Shown: one piece after another, positions 55,121-64,000 of the stretch
Layout of the letters: every line of letters starts with the position of its first letter
Numbering within the stretch: the stretch's first letter is position 1
NCBI GenBank assembly: GCA_964016885.1
Contig: OZ024752.1
Coordinates: 46,128,001-46,192,000, forward strand
Direction of reading: 5' to 3'
DNA: 64,000 nucleotides
Source: Eledone cirrhosa
Lineage: Eukaryota
Position numbers and translations under genes: made by a program
Notes under the pieces: model-generated
What the model saw: only the letters and a program-made list of their open reading frames with translations
Databases searched by the model: none
Told to the model about the DNA's origin: nothing

Positions 55121-55629
55121 TTACAGTTCTTTATCCATCATTTACCATGTAAGCACCACATGTGGTAGTTGACAGAAAATGTAAACTTACTGCAGAAAAT
55201 TAGATTTAGAATTGCACAAACAGGAGTCAGTGAGCTACGTTAAAATAATCAGTGTTACATAAAGTAGGGAGCTGAATATACAACTAATCCATCTGGTGGT
55301 AATGATTAAAAAGACCCCCACATCTAACAGTAATGATGATCAAACAACACATCTGTTGGTAATAAAACCTCTCACATCTGTCTGTCATAAACTCTACAGA
55401 TGTCTGTTATACAGTCACATATTACAACAACAACAACAACAACTGTAATATGCTTTACTTCGGCTAATATTACTACATTTGTGTCTGTTTCTTCAATATT
55501 GTTATTGCGTATGTGTGTGTGTGTGTGTGTGCATGTGTGTGTATATGTATGTATGTATGTATATCATCACCGTTTCATGTCAATGTTTTCACTATATATA
55601 TGTATATATGAATGTATGATGTATGTATA

Positions 55630-55688
<59 letters not shown>

Positions 55689-55735
55689 TATTGCATGTGT
55701 AAGTGTGTATATACATATACATGTCTATATGTATG

Positions 55736-55783
<48 letters not shown>

Positions 55784-56183
55784 CTAGGCTGATAATGAAA
55801 AATGGTGAAAACAAATGTGGGAGCAATTACAAAATATATTATTAAGTTAACAACTCTTGTGTGAAATGGGGAAAAATAAAGAAATGTCTTTAATGTGTTG
55901 AATGTTGGGTTTTAGCTTGTTGATAAAATAAAGTACCAGTAATGCACTGGGGTCTGTTTAATCAACTTTCCCTCTTCCCCCCAAAACGGTTGGCCTTGTG
56001 CCTAAACTAGAAAGCATTATTATTATGGAGTCCCTTTACAGTCTGGGTTCAAATTCCGCCGAGATTAACTTTGCCTTTCATCCTTACGGGGTCGATAAAA
56101 TAAAGTACCAGTAATGCACTGGGTAATTGCTGGCCTTGCGCCTAAAGTAGAAACAATTATTATTATTATTATTATTATTATTA

Positions 56184-57098
56184 TAGAGGACTAGTGGAGG
56201 GGAAGAGCGACGACGTTCTCGGAGAGATCCTGGGCGTCGAAGAAGATCAGCTGTTTGCTCTCTTCCGGAGAACTTTCAGCCCAGGGCCTATGGATAACTT
56301 CCAAAAACCCCTGGCAGTGCTACTAGGGAGCGTTGCTGGTTCGAGATAAACTCTACAGGCACGGAAGTGCCGTCAGCCGAGCTTGTCCGAGATGCGCGCA
56401 GAGCGACGAAACCTTCGTGCACGCACTCGTTCAGTGCCCGAGCATTACTGACTTGTGGAGCTATGTAGACTGATCTGGTTATCGACTGAGTCCATTGTGC
56501 AGATGGTCTCGCCATCTTCCTTCGAGGAGGAAGGGCAGGCGGTTTTCATCTGCCTGGTGGCCATGGCGAAAGGGATTGTGTGGTGGACAAGGTTGAAAGG
56601 GTTAAAGACAGACACTTTCCTCTTCGGCGAATCCCTAATTAACTTTTTCAAGTTTCACTTGAAGAGGAAAATCAGAGTGGAGAGGCAAGTGCTGCCCTCT
56701 AGCAAGTTTGTTGAAAGGTGGGTGAAATGTAGCGAGAATGGTCCAAGTGAACGGAACCGCTCTGAATATACGTCTGTAGTTTGAGAAATGGAAAAATTGA
56801 GAGAGGGCGCTTGCCCTGGTGGTCAGGTTGGCCGTGGTCTTTTGTGTGGTTTTTGCCACGAGTAACCCTCGGAGGTTTCCACCCTATTGGGGAATTTTTC
56901 ATTGTTTCAATTTTCATTTTTATTGTTTATATATATGTTTCTATGTCTTTTTCTTTTTCGTTTCTTATATAAATAATAAAAATCTTTACACGCACAAAAC
57001 CCACATCGTACCATCCTGTACCGTCTGTAATGTTTTTCTTGATGTCAGCCCTTGTGGCCAATAAAGAAATCATTATTATTATTATTATTATTATTATT
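56184..57098 (+). mobile_element. L1/Tx1-clade LINE, 5'-truncated and disrupted
   Basis: VRDKLYRHGSAVSRACPRCAQSDETFVHALVQCP zinc knuckle (zf-RVT-like) with stops and frameshifts nearby; T-rich 3' UTR and AATAAA at ~57060; (TAT)n on both flanks. Confidence 0.82.
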
Positions 57099-57394
57099 AA
57101 CATCTGGTTTTCTCCAATCTCTGATGTCTGACTTTAATCTACCATATGTAACTTGAAGGAAGTTTACTAACATATCTCAGAATTGACGTGAGTGTAGGGT
57201 GTATCTCAGAATTGACGTGAGTGTAGGGTGTGAGGATGGAGAGGGTTTCCACCTCCTCCCCATCCTCACACACTTTGTTTTGTTTTTTCAATGTAAAGTA
57301 GCTTTAGGATCTTCTCTAAATGACCCCATTGAGGGATCTCATTAATGTATTGATTATTTTGATTTTTTAAAAATATTTTTGGGGTTGTTGTTTA

Positions 57395-57760
57395 AGGTTC
57401 TTACTATATTTTAATATTTTAGGGCTGTTGTAAGAGGCCCTCACTGTATTTTAATATTTTAGGGGTGTTGTAAGGGGTCCTCACTGTATTTTAATATTTT
57501 ACAGGCTGTTGTATAAGGCTCTCACTGTATTTTGATATTTTAGGGGGTGTTGTATAAGGTTCTTACCATATTTTAATATTTTAGGGTTGTTGTAAGGGGC
57601 TCTCACCATATTTTAATATTTTAGGGGTTTTATAAGGATCTCACTGTGTTTTAATATTTTAGGGTTGTTGTAAGGGGCTCTCACCATATTTTAATATTTT
57701 AGGGGTTTTATAAGGATCTCGCTGTGTTTTAATATTTTAGAGGTTGTATAAGGCTCTCAC
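57395..57760. repeat. ~41-43 bp degenerate minisatellite
   Basis: ctcactgtattttaatattttaggggtgttgtaagg-like units. Confidence 0.85.
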
Positions 57761-57924
57761 AATCTTTGCACCCTCAGAAATGTCTAGTTTTACAATCTGG
57801 AAGCCAGCCAGTTGATCTTGTTACCATTACTAGAAGTTCTCAGCAGCAAACAAATCAATCAATCAATTGTAGTAAAAACACTGGTGCTTTATATATTAAC
57901 TCTAATATGTAGACATAGACTTAA

Positions 57925-59289
57925 CCCTTTCATTATAAATATTTCTAATGAAAGATACTGGCTATCATTGTCCATTGAATCATGAAATAATCAAGAATTT
58001 CGGAGGATTTAGTAATATAACTAACTTTTTCATAATGAGGTTAGTGTTTGGAACGTAAAAATTCTTCTGAAAGGTTTTTAGATAAATGCCAACACTTCAT
58101 TACCATATTTCAGATGAAAGACACTGTCTATAATTTTCAAATTATTTTGAAAATAATCAAGAATTGTTGGTGTAAGGGCTGGATTTAGTAATAAAGCTAA
58201 CTTTCTCGTTATTAAGCTGATGTTTGGAACAAAACTTAACTAAGGTTCTTACATAAAATTATTGTTCAAATGTTTTTAGATAAATATAAAACAAACAGCT
58301 TTGTATACTAGAACTAGAGGTGTTTGGAACATAACTTAAGAAAGGTTCTTAAGTGAAATTATTGTTCAAATGTTTTTAGATAAATATAAAACAAACAGCT
58401 TTGTATACTAGAACCAGAGGTGTTTGGAACATAACTTAAGAAAGGTTCTTAAGTAAACTTATGATGGAATGTTTTTAGATACATGTATACACTTTAAAAC
58501 AAACAGCTTTGTATAATAAAACCAGAGGTGTTTGGAACATAACTTAAGAAAGGTTCTTAAGTAAAATTATTGTTCAAATGTTTTTAGATAAATATAAAAC
58601 AAACAGCTTTGTATACTAGAACTAGAGGTGTTTGGAACATAACTTAAGAAAGGTTCTTAAGTAAAATTATTGTTCAAATGTTGTTAGATAAATATAAAAC
58701 AAACAGCTTTGTATACTAGAACCAGAGGTGTTTGGAACATAACTTAAGAAAGGTTCTTACATAAAATTATTGTTCAAATGTTTTTAGATAAATATAAAAC
58801 AAACAGCTTTGTATACTAGAACTAGAGGTGTTTGGAACATAACTTAAGAAAGGTTCTTAAGTAAAATTATGATGGAATGTTTTTAGATACATGTATACAC
58901 TTTAAAACAAACAGCTTTGTATAATAAAACCAGAGGTGTTTGGAACATAACTTAAGAAAGGTTCTTAAGTAAAATTATGATGGAATGTTTTTAGATACAT
59001 GTATACACTTTAAAACAAACAGCATTGTATAATAAAACCAGAGGTGTTTGGAACATAACTTAAGAAAGGTTCTTAAGTAAAATTATGATGGAATGTTTTT
59101 AGATACATGTATACACTTAAAAACAAACAGCTTTGTATAATAAAACCAGAGGTGTTTGGAACATAACTTAAGAAAGGTTCTTAAGTAAAATTATGATGGA
59201 ATGTTTTTAGATACATGTATACACTTTAAAACAAACAGCATTGTATAATAAAACCCTAGGCAGTTGCAGGTTGTTTGGTATTAAAAGGG
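57925..59289. mobile_element. piggyBac-type MITE family 2 with internal ~103-108 bp tandem array (other copies ~36738-37262, ~49306-49540)
   Basis: TTAA-ccctttcatta ... tattaaaaggg-TTAA; about 10 repeats of gtgtttggaacataacttaagaaaggttcttaag...aaacaaacagctttgtata. Confidence 0.75.
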
Positions 59290-59505
59290 TTAAAGTAGGA
59301 AGTGCAGCTGGAATGCAGTAGTGCTGATATATTGGTGCCACTTTTGTGCAGTTGCATCAATGACGGCTGATGTCTCAGTAATCAGTGCGAGAACTTTTGT
59401 TGATCAACTGAAATATGCAAAATATGCACAGCAGATGATCACATTGATTGCAGTGAGAACAGCTGCAGGTTACACACAGACATATATATACATATACATA
59501 CATGC

Positions 59506-59551
<46 letters not shown>

Positions 59552-59907
59552 GTATGTATATATGGAGAGAGAATAACCAAGTTATGCTTAAAACATATTG
59601 GTAAACACCAATATAACCATATATATATATATGTGTGTGTGTGTGTTTATATATCTACACGTGTGTGTGTGTGTGTTTATGTATATATACATATGTATGT
59701 GTGTGTGTGTATAGCACTGTACAGAATAATTTCATTATCATGTATATAGATATGTATGTATATTTATGGGTGTACATACAGTGTTGTTGATAAATATGTA
59801 GGAAAGCATATCATTGCAAGGCAGGTGTTTAATACATGTTCACCCATGTATGTATATGTACACTTAAGTGCATGCGTGTTCAACTATATGTATTTACATG
59901 TATATAC

Positions 59908-59956
<49 letters not shown>

Positions 59957-59997
59957 GATATATACACTTAAGTGTGCATATATTTACACATTTAGAC

Positions 59998-60047
<50 letters not shown>

Positions 60048-60255
60048 ATGTATGTATATATACATGTATATATACACACATACATGTATATATATATATA
60101 TATACATGTCCCACCCTTGCAAGCAGGGAAAAGTGGACATAAAATGAGATGATGATGATGATGATGAATGATGATGCATGTGTATATATATATACACACA
60201 CATGCATGTATATATATATACATGTATGTGTGTATATATATATATATACATACAT

Positions 60256-60361
<106 letters not shown>

Positions 60362-60398
60362 GTCTAAATGTGTAAATATATGCACACTTAAGTGTATA

Positions 60399-60436
<38 letters not shown>

Positions 60437-60544
60437 CATGTATATGTGTAAGTATATGCACATCTAAATGATCATGTGTTCAAGTGTAAGTATGTATATG
60501 TTTGTTTGTGCAATATGTGTGTATGTGTGTGTATATATATGTAC

Positions 60545-60606
<62 letters not shown>

Positions 60607-61959
60607 TCATCATCATCATCACCGTTTTACGTCCGTTCTTCCACGCTAGCATGGGTTAGACGGGGGCATGGGTTAGACGGTATGTGTGTGTGTGTGTGCG
60701 TAAGTTTATGCACTGCGTGTAATGCATATGCACACTTAAGTGCACGTGTTCAAGTCTATGTATGCATGTATATGTTTGTTTGTGCAACGTATGTGTGTCG
60801 ATGTAATGCATATGCACACTTAAGTGCACATGTGTTGAAGTATATGCAGTAATGTGTTGATATCGTTGTTTATGCTGCGGTGCATCAAATCTCCAAACTT
60901 ACACACAACAGTCAGTGCACACGTGTGCAGCTGTAGGGATAGAAGCACCAGTGATGTTTTATTTTTACTACATGTATTGTATAGGTGTGGTGGCGGCGGT
61001 GGTGGTGGTGTAGTGTGGTGTAGTGGTGGCGGTGGTGGTGGTGGTGTAGTGTGGTGGTGGTGGTGTAGCATAGTGTGGTGGAGGTGGTAGTGTAGTGTGG
61101 TGGTGGTGGTGGTGGTGTAGTGTGGCGGCGGTGGTGGTGTAGTGTAGTGTGGTGGTGGTGGTGGTGTAGTGTAGTGTGGTGGTGTAGTGTAGTGTGGTGG
61201 TGGTGGTGGTGTAGTGTGGTGGTGTAGTGTAGTGGTGGGGGAGTGGGGTGGGGTATTATTGACACTTCTCTAGTCTGCTCAGTGTCTTCGTTGCTACCAC
61301 CAACACTATCATCACCACCATCATTACCACCAACAACACCATCGCCAACACCATCACGAACACCACCACCACCAACACCACCATCACCACCAACACCACC
61401 ACCACCACCACCACCACCACCAACACCACCACCATCACCACCAACACCACCACCATCACCACCATCATTACCACCAACAACACCATCACGAACACCACCA
61501 CCACCAACACCACCACCACCACCACCAACACCACCACCAACACCACCATCACCACCACCACCACCACCACCACCATCACCACCACCACCACCAACACCAC
61601 CACCATCACCACCAACAATACCCTACTCACTACCATCGGCACAGAATTGGGTTACCTGTGGCAGTGGAGATTTCTGGTGTCCTTGGCCCCAGGGCTACCT
61701 CCCCTACTTACCACCGTCGGCACGGAGTTGGCTACCCACAGAATGACTGCTCTTCCGACACGTCTCCCTCACCATCCTCTAGGGAAACACCTCTGTTCTG
61801 TCCGCCAGGGCTACAGGGGGCTTCCAGCGCATGGGCCCCCAATTTGCTTATAATAGCGAGAGATGGGGGGGGGGGGGGGGGAGACGGAAGCAGGTGATTT
61901 AATCAGTTTATTACCTCATACTAAACACCTGGAAAATGTCTGAGGTGTTGTAATAATGT

Positions 61960-62225
61960 TTGAGCGGTGAAGGTGTGGGGGTAAGTGGTTGGGGTGTTTC
62001 ACCACACAACCCCACCCCAGGGACGTGGGTTCGATTCTAGATGACGCGTCGACCCCTAAACTCCACCGAGCTGGCAAATATCTGTTGTACTTGTAATCCA
62101 ATTGGCCAGTCTTGTCACACACTCTGTTACACTGAATCTCCCTGAGAACAACCTGAAGTTTACACATGTCTGCCTGTGGAATGCTCAGCCACTTGCATGT
62201 TAGTTGCATCAGCGGGCTGTTCTGT
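61960..62225 (+). mobile_element. Probable third SINE family (fragments at 6560-6680, 36595-36670, 53135-53210)
   Basis: GGTTCGATTC B box; shared ggaatgctcagccacttgcatgtta block. Confidence 0.5.
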
Positions 62226-62389
62226 TCTATTCTGTTTAAACAACTCAAAAGCTCATCATTAGAGTTGACTGAGGTCCATTGACCGTGTTGTAGCATTGGC
62301 TGCAGTATTTACTACTACTACTACTACTACCCCTACCACTATTGCCACCACCTCCACTACTACTACCACCACCACTACTATGGCTACAG

Positions 62390-63270
62390 CATTACTGTAG
62401 CTAACACTACCTCCCAGACTACTACCACTACTATTACTATCAGTCATAGCTGTTATATTTAGTTTTAGCTAACACTACCTCTTAGACTACAACAACCACT
62501 GCTACCACTACCACTGCTACTACTACCACTACCACAACATTAGCTCCACCATAATCATGCATTATTCTAGCTACTACTACCACCACCACTACAGCATTAC
62601 AGTAGTTAACACTACCTCCTATACTATTACTACTACTACCCCCACCACTACAACATTACAGTAGTTGACACTACCTCCTATACTATTACTACTATTACCA
62701 CCACCACTACAACATTACAGTAGTTAACACTACCTCCTATACTGTTACTACTACTACCAGCACCACTACAACATTACAGTAGTTAACACTACCTCCTATA
62801 CTACTACTACCACCACCACTACAACATTACAGTAGTTAACACTACCTCCTATACTATTACTACTACTACCACCACCACTACAACATTACAGTAGTTAACA
62901 CTACCTCCTATACTGTTACTACTACTACCAGCACCACTACAACATTACAGTAGTTAACACTACCTCCTATACTATTACTACTACTACCACCACTACTACA
63001 ACATTACAGTAGTTAACACTACTTCCTATACTATTACTACTACTACCACCACCACTACAACATTACAGTAGTTAACACTACCTCCTATACTATTACTACT
63101 ACTACCACCACCACTACATCATTGCAGTAGTTAACACTACCTCCTATACTGTTACTACTACTACCACCACCACTACATCATTGCAGTAGTTAACACTACC
63201 TCCTATACTGTTACTACTACTACCACCACCACTACAGCATTACAATAGTTAACACTACCTCCTATACTAT
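62390..63270. repeat. ~57-60 bp minisatellite
   Basis: acattacagtagttaacactacctcctatactattactactactaccaccaccactaca repeated about 12 times. Confidence 0.93.
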
Positions 63271-64000
63271 TACCAATACCAGCATAGCCACAGCACTACT
63301 ATGATTTATAGAACTGCTGCTGCTGCTGCTACTACTACTACTACTGCTACTACTACTGCTACTACTACTACTACCAACACCATTGCTTCTCCTTCCTCCT
63401 CCCCCTCTCACTGTCTCAAAATGCCTGCTACTATTGACACCATTAATACTATGACCACCACTACCACCACCACCACCACCACCACCACCACCACCACTAC
63501 CACCACTACCACCACCACCACCACCACCACCACCACCACCACCACTACCACCGCCACCATCACCACTACCACCACCACCACCACTACCACTACCATCACC
63601 ACTACCACCACCACCACCACTACCACTACCACTACCACCATTACCACTACCAACACCACTATCACCACCACCACCACCACTACCACCACCACCACTACCA
63701 CCACCACTACCACTACCACCACCACTACCACCACCACCACTACCACCACCACCACCACCACCGTCACTACCACCACTACCACTACCACTACCACCATTAC
63801 CACTACCAACACCACTATCACCACCACTACCACCACCACCACTACCACCACTACCACCACCACTACCACTACCACCACCACCACCACCACCACCACTACC
63901 ACCACCACCATTACTATAGCAGCTGCTGATGTCAGTAGTCTTTGGAGAGAGGGAGGGGGAAAGTGAGAGTGAAAGAGATGTTGTGGTGGGAGGAGAGATT

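Overview
This is a eukaryotic, microsatellite-saturated intronic region. The repeat content (tRNA-derived SINEs, RTE tails, (TA)n/(CA)n/(CAC)n load) suggests a cephalopod such as Octopus; that is inference only. Four short + strand exons (4857-4951, 16757-16868, 32663-32896, 35409-35473) splice in frame. They encode the SH3 domain and following low-complexity linker of a Caskin-type scaffold protein. Almost all ORFs in the supplied track are microsatellite read-throughs. The introns hold two or three SINE families, RTE, L1/Tx1 and RLE-type LINE 3' fragments, TTAA-flanked piggyBac-type MITEs, a Tc1/mariner-type MITE, and many minisatellites grown from inside these elements. The most notable signal is about 10 type-I minimal hammerhead ribozyme (HHR) motifs or half-motifs from several families, sitting in Penelope-like fold-back relics inserted in microsatellites. 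One sense-strand copy keeps all catalytic core nucleotides and a perfect 10-bp stem I, but its stem II is interrupted by about 1.4 kb of a 38-bp palindromic satellite that is itself closed by an 11-bp stem. All structures were read by eye and ribozyme activity is untested.
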